Source of the DNA: an uncultured bacterium
GTDB taxonomy: Bacteria > Krumholzibacteriota > Krumholzibacteriia > LZORAL124-64-63
Assembly: GCA_903859215.1 (NCBI GenBank)
Contig: CAIOLW010000059.1
Location: forward strand, 937 to 64,936
Length of the DNA: 64,000 nucleotides
Direction: 5' to 3'
Below the pieces are notes generated by a model. The model worked only from the letters and a program-made list of their open reading frames with translations. It was not told where the DNA came from and did not search any database. Below, piece by piece: positions 29,490 to 38,346 of the stretch. Each line of letters opens with the position of its first letter. The stretch's first letter is position 1. A program made the position numbers and the translations under genes.

Positions 29490-30800
29490 TCAGCGCGCGG
29501 CCGTGATGACCTCGCGGTTGTTCTCGAGATACTCCCAGCCCAGCGCCAGCGCCATGCCGCCGAACAGGCCCAGGACGGTCAGGATGCCCGCGGCCCGCGC
29601 GCGCCGCGGACGAACCGGCTTCTCGGTGGCCGTCACGACGCCCACGCGCTGCAGGGGCGACGCCAGGTCCAGCTTGGTCTTCTCGCCGTCCCGGTCGGCC
29701 TGCAGCAGGGCGCGCTCGCGCGGCAGGTCACGGTCGATGACGATCTGCAGGTCGTTGATCTTCTGCTCGATGTCGGCGGTCTTCTTGGCCAGTTCGATCT
29801 CGAGGACCAGGCGCAGCCGCCGCATCGCCAGGTCGTTGGCCGTGATGACGGCGGCCAGACTGTCGGCCCGCACGTTGGCGTTGATGACGCCCAGGGACAT
29901 GGCATTGACCGTCCCGAGCAGCTCGCCGGCGCGACCGGCCTGTTCGCGGCTGGCGGTCTGCAGCAGGACCTCGCTGACGGCCCCGGCGCCCTCGCCCGCG
30001 GCGACGCCGCCGCCGGTCTCGTTCTCGGTCTGCAGCGTCCGGGCCAGGAGCTTGTCCGCCTCGGTCACGCGCACCCGGCCCGCCACGGCTTCCTTGCGGA
30101 GTTCCCCCACCGCGCGCCCGCGCCAGGCGTTCTCCTCGCGCAGGCGCTGCAGGTCCAGTTCCACGCTCTGCCGCTGCATCCCGACCATCGTGAGTTCGCG
30201 CTTCTGCTCGTCGATCTTCAGCAGCGTGCGCTCCTTCTCGGCGTCGAGCTTGGCCATGTCCTGCGTCAGGCGCTCCATCTTCAGGCGCGCGTTGCGGCGG
30301 GTCAGGTGCAGGCTGCTGCCGAGCGAGTCGAGCGCCGACTGGCTGTTGTACGATTCCATGCAGCGGACCAGGATGTCCTTCGCCTGGTCGGGGTCACGTG
30401 ACAGGTTCGTCAGCGTGATGACGTCGCCGCCGGCCACGAAGTTGAGCGTCGGCACGAACTCGGCCACGACGATGGGCGCCACCTTAAGCTTCGCGTAGCC
30501 GTCCTGCTTTTGCAGGTCGCGCCAGTAGAGCTTCTTGTCGAACCAGCCGACGAGGTCCTCGAGAGCCGTCTCGCGGATGGGCCCGCCTTCGGCGTTGTAG
30601 GCGACGATGCCCGGCCGCACCTGGGCCGTGGCCTTGTAGAGCGGCTTGACGATGATCCCGTAGGCGATGCCCGCAGCCAGCCCCAGGACCGTCGCCACCA
30701 GCACCACCACGCGGCGCCGATAAAGGATGTTGAGAACGCCGCCGACCGAAAGGACGGCGGCGCGGTTCGTGGGTTCCACGGCGTTGGGTTCCATGTACAA
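29490..30800 (-). CDS. Polysaccharide co-polymerase (Wzz/GumC-like chain-length determinant)
   Basis: N-terminal and C-terminal TM helices flank a long coiled-coil region. Wzz-type N-terminus (YRRRVVVLVATVLGLAAGIAYGIIVKPLYKA). TTG 30800 has GGGAG 7 nt upstream; the alternative is ATG 30794. Confidence 0.7.
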   Translation of the reverse strand: MYMEPNAVEPTNRAAVLSVGGVLNILYRRRVVVLVATVLGLAAGIAYGIIVKPLYKATAQVRPGIVAYNAEGGPIRETALEDLVGWFDKKLYWRDLQKQDGYAKLKVAPIVVAEFVPTLNFVAGGDVITLTNLSRDPDQAKDILVRCMESYNSQSALDSLGSSLHLTRRNARLKMERLTQDMAKLDAEKERTLLKIDEQKRELTMVGMQRQSVELDLQRLREENAWRGRAVGELRKEAVAGRVRVTEADKLLARTLQTENETGGGVAAGEGAGAVSEVLLQTASREQAGRAGELLGTVNAMSLGVINANVRADSLAAVITANDLAMRRLRLVLEIELAKKTADIEQKINDLQIVIDRDLPRERALLQADRDGEKTKLDLASPLQRVGVVTATEKPVRPRRARAAGILTVLGLFGGMALALGWEYLENNREVITAAR

Positions 30801-30834
30801 CGGACTACTCCCGTCTGCCCGGCGTCCGGCGGCG

Positions 30835-31401
30835 TCAGCCGAGCAGGCTCTTGAACTTCTCTGTGGAATCCGCCAGCACCTGCGCGTGCAGGGACTGGCC
30901 GTGCGAATCCATCGTCACCACCGCCGGGAACCGGTCGACCTGGAACTCCCAGATCGCCTCGGGCGAACCGAACTTCTCGGCCAGGTGCACACCCTTGACC
31001 GCGATCACGCGCTCGGCAAGCACCTGCGCGGCGCCGCCGATCGCGTGCAGGTAGACGCCGCCCACCTTCTGGCAGTACTGCAGCGTCTTGGGGCCCATGC
31101 CGCCCTTGCCGATGACCGCGCGGATGCCGTACTGCTCCATCAGCGGTCCCTGGTAGGGCTCCTCGCGCGCGCTGGTCGTCGGGCCGGCGGCCTTGACGAC
31201 CCACTTGCCGTTTTCCTTCACCACGACCGGGCCGCAGTGGTAGATGATGCTGTCCTTCAGGTCGACCGGCGGCTTGCCGCCGTCGTGCAGGTACTTGTGG
31301 ACCGCGTCGCGGCCCGTGAAGATCACGCCGGTGATCTCGACCAGGTCGCCGACATGCAGCGCCCGGATCTTCTCTTCGGTGAACGGGGCTTCCAGCAGCA
31401 T
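30835..31401 (-). CDS. Class I (Fe-S) fumarate/tartrate hydro-lyase, beta subunit
   Basis: GRDAVHKYL, IYHCGP, GPTTSAREEPY, IGKGGMG. SD AGGAGG. Confidence 0.9.
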   Translation of the reverse strand: MLLEAPFTEEKIRALHVGDLVEITGVIFTGRDAVHKYLHDGGKPPVDLKDSIIYHCGPVVVKENGKWVVKAAGPTTSAREEPYQGPLMEQYGIRAVIGKGGMGPKTLQYCQKVGGVYLHAIGGAAQVLAERVIAVKGVHLAEKFGSPEAIWEFQVDRFPAVVTMDSHGQSLHAQVLADSTEKFKSLLG

Positions 31402-31413
31402 GACAGCAGCCTC

Positions 31414-32304
31414 CTAGGACGGGTAGAGCCAGCGCGAGATGCGCCCGCCCTCCGAAAGCACGAACCCGTTGCGCCGGAAGGCCCAGCACATGTAGGCAAC
31501 GGAGACGAAGAACGACGCGGGCACGCGGTTGCGGTGCGTGATCTTCACGCCCAGCAGCGTCGTGGCGCCGCCGAAGCCCATCGGCCCGACGCCCAGCCCG
31601 TTCGCTTCCTTGACGATCCGCTTCTCCAGCTTGGCCAGCCGAGCATCCTCGTTCACGTCATCCAGTTCGCGGAACAGCGTTTCCTTGGCCGCGATGTAGC
31701 CCGTGCCGCGGTCGCCGCCCACGCAGACGCCCAGGATGCCGGGGCCGCAGCCCTTGCCCTGCGCCTGCAGCGCGCTGTCGAGGATGCAGCGCCTGACGCC
31801 CTCGAGGTCGCGGCCCGCGCCGAGGCGCGAATCGGGCAGGCTGTACTGCGTGCTGACGTTCTCGCAGCCGCCGCCCTTGAGCATCATGCGCACCGTCAGC
31901 GCCTTGCCCGACGCCTGGTGGAAATGGAACGACGGCGAGCCGGGCCCGAGGTTGTCGCCCGAGTTGGCGCCGGTGATCGCGTCGACCGAGTTCTGCCTGA
32001 GGTAGCCCACCTTCGTGGCCTCGGCGGTCGCCTTCTCGTAGGCCTTGCGGAACGTCTTCTCGTCGCACCACGACGGCAGGTCGGCGTAGACGATGATCGT
32101 CCCGGTGTCCTGGCACAGCGGCTGGGACTTCACCTTCGCCATCCCGATGTTCTCGCGGATCACGTCGAACGCGTACTTCGCGTTCGAGCCCGCCGCTTCC
32201 TTGCGGGCGCCCGCCTCGATCGAGCGCACGACATCGCTCGGCAATTCGACCGACGTGCGGCGGATCAGTTCGAGCAGGTTCTTCTGCAGCACCTTGGCGT
32301 CCAT
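31414..32304 (-). CDS. Class I (Fe-S) fumarate/tartrate hydro-lyase, alpha subunit
   Basis: ATG 32304 with AAGGAG 5 nt upstream (MDAKVLQKNLLELIR). PLCQDTG, KGGGCEN, and the Cys ligand pattern. Confidence 0.9.
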   Translation of the reverse strand: MDAKVLQKNLLELIRRTSVELPSDVVRSIEAGARKEAAGSNAKYAFDVIRENIGMAKVKSQPLCQDTGTIIVYADLPSWCDEKTFRKAYEKATAEATKVGYLRQNSVDAITGANSGDNLGPGSPSFHFHQASGKALTVRMMLKGGGCENVSTQYSLPDSRLGAGRDLEGVRRCILDSALQAQGKGCGPGILGVCVGGDRGTGYIAAKETLFRELDDVNEDARLAKLEKRIVKEANGLGVGPMGFGGATTLLGVKITHRNRVPASFFVSVAYMCWAFRRNGFVLSEGGRISRWLYPS

Positions 32305-32500
32305 GGGCGCTCCTTGGCGGTGATGGCACGGATGGGGACCGGGGCCCGCGGGCCCGGGCCCGATAGTAGCCCCGGCCGCCGGGACGGTCAACCGCCCGGG
32401 CGCGGGCCCGCCGGATCGGGCGTGACCGCCGGCGCAGGCGCCCTTATCATGTCGGCAGACGATGTGATCCCCCCATTCCAGACGAGCCCCGGAGAACACG

Positions 32501-33670
32501 ATGAAATACCTGCTGCTCGGGGCCGGCCTGCAGGGCACGGCCATCGCCCACGACCTGCTGCGGCACGCCCCGGACACCGCGGCCGTCTGCGCGGTCGACT
32601 CGGACGCCGACTCCCTCGAGCGCCTGGCATCGCGGTTCGGCGACCCGCGCCTGCGCTGCTGCCCGGGCTACGTCCAGGACCAGGCCTTCCTGGCCCCGCT
32701 GATGAAGGATGCTGATGTCGTCATCAGCGCCGTCAACTACTGGTACAACGCGCCCCTGGCCGCGCAGGCCATCGAGAACACGGCGCACTTCCTGGACCTC
32801 GGGGGCAACAACGACGTCGTGGCGCGCGAATTCGCCCTGGACGCCCGCGCGCGCCAGATGGGTGTCGCGGTGGTGCCCGACTGCGGCCTGGCGCCGGGGC
32901 TGGCCGGCATCCTCGGTTACTGGCTGACGACGCGGCTGGCGAAGGTGTCGTCGCTGCGCCTGCGCGTGGGCGGCCTGCCGCTGCAGCCGCAGCCGCCGAT
33001 GAACTACAAGATCGTGTTCTCGGTCGAGGGCCTGATCAACGAGTACATCGAGCCGGCGGTGGTCATCCGCGGCGGCAAGCTGGACACCGTGCCTTCGCTC
33101 ACCGAGCTGGAGACCCTCACCTTCCCTGAACCGTTCGGCGAGCTCGAGGCGTTCCAGACCAGCGGCGGCACCTCGACGCTGCCGCAGACGCTGGCCGGCC
33201 GCGTGCCCGACCTCGACTACAAGACGATCCGGTACAAGGGCCACTGCGCGCAGTTCCGGCTGCTGCACGAGCTGGGCCTGACCGACGGGCGCCCGCTGGC
33301 GTTTCCCGGCGGCGAGGTGAGCCCGCGCCAGATGCTCGCCAATCGCCTGAAGGCGGCCCTGGAACTGCCCGGCCCCGACGTGGTGCTGGTGCTGGTCGTG
33401 GCCGAAGGTTGGGACGCGGCAGGTGAGCCGAAGCGGCTGGCCGTGCGGATCATCGACCGCCATGACGACGCCACCGGTTTGTCGGCGATGATGCGCATGA
33501 CCGGGTTCCCGGCGGCGATCATCGCGCGCATGCTGGCGTCGGGCCGGCTCGGCGCCGTGGGCGCCTGCTGCCAGGAACTCATCGTGCCGGGTCAGGACAT
33601 GGCCGACGAACTGCGCGCGCGCGGCATCGACCTCGTGGAAACGGAAGGGCGGCCCGGCGAGCCGATGTAG
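32501..33670 (+). CDS. Saccharopine dehydrogenase-family NAD(P)-binding protein
   Basis: MKYLLLGAGLQGTAIAHDL Rossmann motif. Family-typical C-terminal domain. SD GGAG. Confidence 0.8.
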   Translation: MKYLLLGAGLQGTAIAHDLLRHAPDTAAVCAVDSDADSLERLASRFGDPRLRCCPGYVQDQAFLAPLMKDADVVISAVNYWYNAPLAAQAIENTAHFLDLGGNNDVVAREFALDARARQMGVAVVPDCGLAPGLAGILGYWLTTRLAKVSSLRLRVGGLPLQPQPPMNYKIVFSVEGLINEYIEPAVVIRGGKLDTVPSLTELETLTFPEPFGELEAFQTSGGTSTLPQTLAGRVPDLDYKTIRYKGHCAQFRLLHELGLTDGRPLAFPGGEVSPRQMLANRLKAALELPGPDVVLVLVVAEGWDAAGEPKRLAVRIIDRHDDATGLSAMMRMTGFPAAIIARMLASGRLGAVGACCQELIVPGQDMADELRARGIDLVETEGRPGEPM

Positions 33671-33704
33671 CCCGCGGCCGCCCCTCATGGTCCCGGGCCT
33701 GGCC

Positions 33705-34397
33705 TCAGATAACGCCGCGGCAGAAGCGCGCCCAGCGCGGGCGGAAGTGCTGCTTCGTGTCCAGCGAGCCGGCCAGCCCGATGACGTGGCCGGCGATCGC
33801 CTTCCGCTCGACGAACCCGAACCAGCGCGAGTCCGCGCTCTGGTCCCGGTTGTCCCCCATCAGGAAATACTTCCCGGCCGGCACCTGGAACTCGCGCATG
33901 TCGGGATGGCGACCGCCGCCGCTGAGCGCGACGACGTGCGCGTGGCCCGGCAGGCCCTCGCTCAGGAAGGTCCACGTGGCGGCGTCGGCGCCGACCAGCC
34001 GGCGCAGCGCGGCCTCGTCGACGGGACCGTACGCGACCTCGGCGCCGTTGACGGTCAGGCGGTTCGCGCGCAGCGAGATCAGGTCGCCGGGCATCCCGAC
34101 GATGCGCTTGACCAGGCGGCGCCCGTCGGACGGCGACTTGCAGGTGATGATGTCACCGCGCGCCGGTTGTCCGCGCGTCGCCAGCACCACGCCGGTGAAC
34201 GGGAGCTTCACGTCGTAGGCCAGCTTGTCGACCACGATGCGGTCGCCGATCAGCAGCGTCGGGATCATCGAGCCGCTCGGCACGTCGTGCCAGTCGGCCA
34301 CCGCCGAGCGGAAGCCCATCAGCCCCGTCAGCATCAGGACCAGCGACAGGGCGCCGCTGCGGCGGAGCCAGGCGGCGAAGCGTCGGAGCTTGGACAT
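33705..34397 (-). CDS. lepB: Signal peptidase I
   Basis: ATG 34397. SGSMIPTL (catalytic Ser), KRIVGMPGD (catalytic Lys), GDNRDQSADSR. Confidence 0.9.
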   Translation of the reverse strand: MSKLRRFAAWLRRSGALSLVLMLTGLMGFRSAVADWHDVPSGSMIPTLLIGDRIVVDKLAYDVKLPFTGVVLATRGQPARGDIITCKSPSDGRRLVKRIVGMPGDLISLRANRLTVNGAEVAYGPVDEAALRRLVGADAATWTFLSEGLPGHAHVVALSGGGRHPDMREFQVPAGKYFLMGDNRDQSADSRWFGFVERKAIAGHVIGLAGSLDTKQHFRPRWARFCRGVI

Positions 34398-34506
34398 GGC
34401 GGGCGTCCTTTCGGCGAGGCGCCGGGACCGGGAAGGCAGCGGGAAACGCGAAACGGTTCTACGCCGGGCGGGCGCCGCAGGTTCCCCGATCAACTGGGTT
34501 CCCCGG

Positions 34507-35394
34507 TCAGGCGGCTTCCCCACCGCCCCGCTGCCACCACAGCCCGGCGATGATCAGCGCCAGCCCGCCGATCGTCGCCAGGCGGACCGGCTCGTGCAGC
34601 ACGAAGTTGATCAGGACCAGTGACAGCAGCGGCGACAGGAAGATGAGGTTGGCGATGCGGGCGGCGCTCGGCGCCAGGCGCAGGGCGCTCAGCCACAGGA
34701 TGAACGTGAAGCCCATCTCGAAGGCGCCGACGTAGGCGCCGCCCAGGAGCCCGCGAGCGGGCATCACGAACGACGAGCGCAGGGCCACCACCGCCGCACA
34801 CAGGGGCAGCGCGCCCGCGAAGTTCCACCACAGGCCGACCACCGGGTCCAGCCGCGAGCGCGCGTTGACCAGCCAGTACAGCGCCCACAACACGGTGCTG
34901 CCGAGCGCCAGCCCCACGCCCAGCGGGTCGGCCGTGCCGTGCCCGGGCGCCCGTCCCCCGGTGGCGATCAGCACGACGCCGGCGTAGCACACGACGCCGG
35001 CCACCAGGACGCGCGGGCTGGGCTTCTGTTTCAGCAGGGGAATCGCCAGCCAGGACAGCGTCAGGGCCCACGTGTAGTTGAGGGGCTGCGCCACCTGGGC
35101 GGGCAGGCGGTCGTAGGCGGCGAACAGGACCAGGTAGTAGGCGAACGGGTTGAGCACGCCCAGCAGCAGGGCGCGCCGGCGCTCCTTCGCCGGGATCGCG
35201 AACGGCGCTCCGGGACGCCGCTGCCAGGCCAGCACGCCGCCCAGGCAGAGCAGGGACACGGCCACAGCCACCAGCAGCAGCTGGTATGTGTCCAGGTCGC
35301 GCAGCGCCAGCTTGAACGCCGTGGCGACGGTCGACCAGATGCCGACCGCGCCGAGGGCGCACCCGGTGGCGCGGCGTCGGTTGCTCGCGTTCAT
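34507..35394 (-). CDS. EamA/DMT-superfamily transporter
   Basis: ATG 35394 with GAAAGGA SD. About 10 TM helices, internally duplicated. Confidence 0.85.
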   Translation of the reverse strand: MNASNRRRATGCALGAVGIWSTVATAFKLALRDLDTYQLLLVAVAVSLLCLGGVLAWQRRPGAPFAIPAKERRRALLLGVLNPFAYYLVLFAAYDRLPAQVAQPLNYTWALTLSWLAIPLLKQKPSPRVLVAGVVCYAGVVLIATGGRAPGHGTADPLGVGLALGSTVLWALYWLVNARSRLDPVVGLWWNFAGALPLCAAVVALRSSFVMPARGLLGGAYVGAFEMGFTFILWLSALRLAPSAARIANLIFLSPLLSLVLINFVLHEPVRLATIGGLALIIAGLWWQRGGGEAA

Positions 35395-35572
35395 GGGTCC
35401 TTTCGGGGGTCCGGGCGGGCGGGTCCGGCCGGCCCGGCCCGGCCCCGGCGGCCATAGTGGGGCACCGGCGGCCCGCCGTCCATCGTTCGGGCGTAATCGA
35501 CCCGCCCGTGCTAGATTGCGCAGGTTCGCGATGACGACCCGTTCCATCCTTCCGGCGAGAGGTTCCCGGGGC

Positions 35573-37180
35573 ATGCCCATGCACCGTCTGCGGCGACGAA
35601 ATGCCGTCCTGACCTGGTGGTTCACCGCCGGCGCGCTTCTGGCGGCAGGCAGCACCGCCGCGGCACCGTCCGGGGCGCCCGCCGCCCCCGACAGTTCGCT
35701 GGCTGCGGTCCTGGCCGCGATGCCGGGCGAACCCGTGGCCCTGACGACGCTGCTGGCCGAGGCCGGTGGCCAGGCTGTGGCTGCGCGCCTGGCCGACGCC
35801 GACTACACCGCCGCCGCCGCTGCACTGCGCAGCGAGCGCGGCGCCTTCGACCCCGAGCTGTTCGGCAGCGCAACACGCACCGGCGACGAGCAGCCCGCGG
35901 CCTCGCTGTTCGCCGGGGCGCCGATCCTGCGCAACGAGACGACCGCGATGGAAGCCGGCGCGCGGATTTCGCTGCCGATCGGGACCGAATTGTCGGCCTC
36001 GCTCGCGACGGTGCGGACGACCACGAACTCGACCTACGCCGCGCTGTCGCCGCAGTACCAGACGTTCGGTTCGCTGACCGTGCGGCAGCCGCTGCTGAAG
36101 GGCTTCGGGCCCGCTGCGGGCGCGGGCCTGCGCGCGGCCGAGAGCGGCCTGGCCGCTGCGGGCGCCCGCCGGCAGGCGGCGCGCCAGGCGGTGACCGCCG
36201 AGGTCGAGGCGCGGTACTGGGAACTGTACGCCGGCGAGCGCGACCTGGCGGTGGCGGTGCTGATCCGCGACCGCGCGCGCGTCTTCCTGGGCGAAGCCCG
36301 GCTCAGGGCGCAGGCCGGCCTGGTCGGCCCGAGCCAGGTGGCCAGCGCCGAGGTCTTCCTGGCCGAACAGGAGCAGCGCGTGCTGGACGCCGAGGACCAG
36401 CTGGACCAGCGCTCGGACGCCCTGGCCAGCCTGGTGGGCAGGCGCCCGGCGCAGGGCGCGACGCGGTTCCGGCCCGCCGACGAGCCGCCGCCGCAGCCGC
36501 GCAGCCTGCCTGTCGAGTCGCTGCTGGTCGCCGCAGCGGCCAACAACCCCGACCTCCAGGCGCTGGACGAGCAGTGCCGCGCCGCGCGCGCCCGCGCCGA
36601 CGGCGCAAAGTGGGATGCGCGTCCGCGCGTCGACCTCTTCGGCGGCATCGGCGGCAACGGCCTGTCGGGCACGCCGCGCGACATCGTCTTCCCCGGCTCG
36701 ACCGACACCCTGCGCTACGACGTGCCCGGCGGCTTCGGCCCCGGCTGGGCCCAGGTGCGCGACCGCGACTACCCGTGGTGGAACGCGGGTGTCATCGTGA
36801 GCCTGCCGCTCGGCGGCCGCGCCGGCGGCGGCGAGGCGGAACGGCGGCGCGCCGAGGTGGCGCGCGCTGAGAACCAGCTCGAGGGCGCCCGGCGCCAGCT
36901 CGAGGAACAGGTGCGCGCCCAGCAGCGCGAACTGGAACGCGGCGCGCGGCGCCTGGAACTGGCGCGGGCCGGCGTGGACGCCTCGGTCCGCCAGGTCGAG
37001 ATCGGCATGATCGAATACCGCAACGGGCGCAGCACCGCGTTCGAGGTCGTGCGCCTGACGGCCGACCTGGCCGGCGCGCAGCAACGCTATTCCCAGGCCC
37101 TGGTGCGCACGGCGCGCGCCGCGGCCGCCTTGACGCAACTGACCGGCGGCTGGTACCAGCCCGCCACGGGACGGGAGTGA
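35573..37180 (+). CDS. TolC-family outer-membrane efflux protein
   Basis: Signal peptide MPMHRLRRRNAVLTWWFTAGALLAAGSTAAA. Two OEP repeats with coiled-coil segments. The start is ambiguous (35531, 35573 or 35579). Confidence 0.85.
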   Translation: MPMHRLRRRNAVLTWWFTAGALLAAGSTAAAPSGAPAAPDSSLAAVLAAMPGEPVALTTLLAEAGGQAVAARLADADYTAAAAALRSERGAFDPELFGSATRTGDEQPAASLFAGAPILRNETTAMEAGARISLPIGTELSASLATVRTTTNSTYAALSPQYQTFGSLTVRQPLLKGFGPAAGAGLRAAESGLAAAGARRQAARQAVTAEVEARYWELYAGERDLAVAVLIRDRARVFLGEARLRAQAGLVGPSQVASAEVFLAEQEQRVLDAEDQLDQRSDALASLVGRRPAQGATRFRPADEPPPQPRSLPVESLLVAAAANNPDLQALDEQCRAARARADGAKWDARPRVDLFGGIGGNGLSGTPRDIVFPGSTDTLRYDVPGGFGPGWAQVRDRDYPWWNAGVIVSLPLGGRAGGGEAERRRAEVARAENQLEGARRQLEEQVRAQQRELERGARRLELARAGVDASVRQVEIGMIEYRNGRSTAFEVVRLTADLAGAQQRYSQALVRTARAAAALTQLTGGWYQPATGRE

Positions 37181-38346
37181 TGATGGCAGCGACGATCAAA
37201 CACGAAGCCGGGCGCGCGACGGGCCTGCGGGCATCCCTGGTGATGACAGGGCTGGCCCTGCTGGCGCTGTCCCTGGCCGCCGGCGGCTGCCGCGGCAAGA
37301 AGGCCGCCGGCGGCTTCACGCCGCCGCCGACGCCGGTCGAGACGGCGACCGTCGCGCGCGGCCCGGTGGCCGACCGCTTCACCACCGTCGGGACGCTTGA
37401 GGCGGGCGAGTCGGTCGACGTCGCCGCCGAGATCGACGGCGTGGTCCGGGCCCTGCCCTTCCCCGAAGGCGGGCAGGTGGCGGCGGGCGCGCTCATCGCG
37501 CGGCTGGACGACGTCCAGCTGGCCGCCGAGGCGCAGCGCGCCGAGGCCCTGCGCGACCAGAGCCGCGCGATGTTCGAGCGCGTGCGCTCGGTCGTCGACC
37601 AGGGCGCCGGCGCGCCGCAGGACCTCGACGACGCCACGGCCGCCCTGAAGGTGGCCGAGGCGAACCTGGACCTCGCGAAGGCGCGCCTGGCCAAGACGCG
37701 CGTCACCGCGCCGTTCGCCGGCACCGCCGGCATCCGCCGCGTCAGCCCCGGCGCCTTCGTGCGCGCGGGCACGACGCTGACCGACCTGGCGCAGATCGAC
37801 CGGCTAAGGCTGACGTTCTCGGTGCCCGAGCGGCTGCTCGGCCGCCTGGCCCTGGGCGCGCCGGTGCGCGTCGAGACGACGGCCCACGCAGGGCAGGTGC
37901 TGGAAGGGAAGATCGCCATCATCGAGCCGCAACTGGACCAGCAGTCGCGCAGCGCGCGCGTCGTCGCGCACGTCGACAACCCGGGACGGCTGCTGCGGCC
38001 GGGCATGTCGGCCTCGGTGGCCCTGGTGCTGGACGAGCGCGCCGAGGCGCTGACGGTGCCCAGCCCCGCGGTGTTCGTCACCGCCGGACAGACGTACGTG
38101 TACGTGGTGACGCCCGAGGGCGTCGTGGCGCGGACGCCGGTGCAACTGGGCACGCGGACGGCCGACGCGGTGGAAGTCGTGTCGGGCCTGGCTGAGGGCC
38201 AGCAGGTGGTGACCGCCGGCCACCAGAAGCTCTATGACGGCGCCAAGGTGGCGGCGATCGGCGCGGGTGCGCCGGGCCAAGGTGCGACGAGCCAAGGTGC
38301 GCCGGGTCAGGGCGCGCCCGCCTCCGCCCAGGGCGGGAGCCACTGA
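37180..38346 (+). CDS. RND efflux periplasmic adaptor (MFP) lipoprotein
   Basis: Lipobox AAGGC. Barrel-sandwich/hairpin motifs (VTAPFAGTAGIRRVSPGAFV). GTGATGATG overlaps the tolC stop. Low-complexity GAPGQGA tail. Confidence 0.9.
   Translation: MMAATIKHEAGRATGLRASLVMTGLALLALSLAAGGCRGKKAAGGFTPPPTPVETATVARGPVADRFTTVGTLEAGESVDVAAEIDGVVRALPFPEGGQVAAGALIARLDDVQLAAEAQRAEALRDQSRAMFERVRSVVDQGAGAPQDLDDATAALKVAEANLDLAKARLAKTRVTAPFAGTAGIRRVSPGAFVRAGTTLTDLAQIDRLRLTFSVPERLLGRLALGAPVRVETTAHAGQVLEGKIAIIEPQLDQQSRSARVVAHVDNPGRLLRPGMSASVALVLDERAEALTVPSPAVFVTAGQTYVYVVTPEGVVARTPVQLGTRTADAVEVVSGLAEGQQVVTAGHQKLYDGAKVAAIGAGAPGQGATSQGAPGQGAPASAQGGSH

Noticed and set aside
38270-38340. Repeated GAPGQGA-coding DNA at the 3' end of the MFP gene as a possible separate element
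   Set aside because: It lies in frame within the adaptor-protein tail and is best explained as a low-complexity C-terminal extension.
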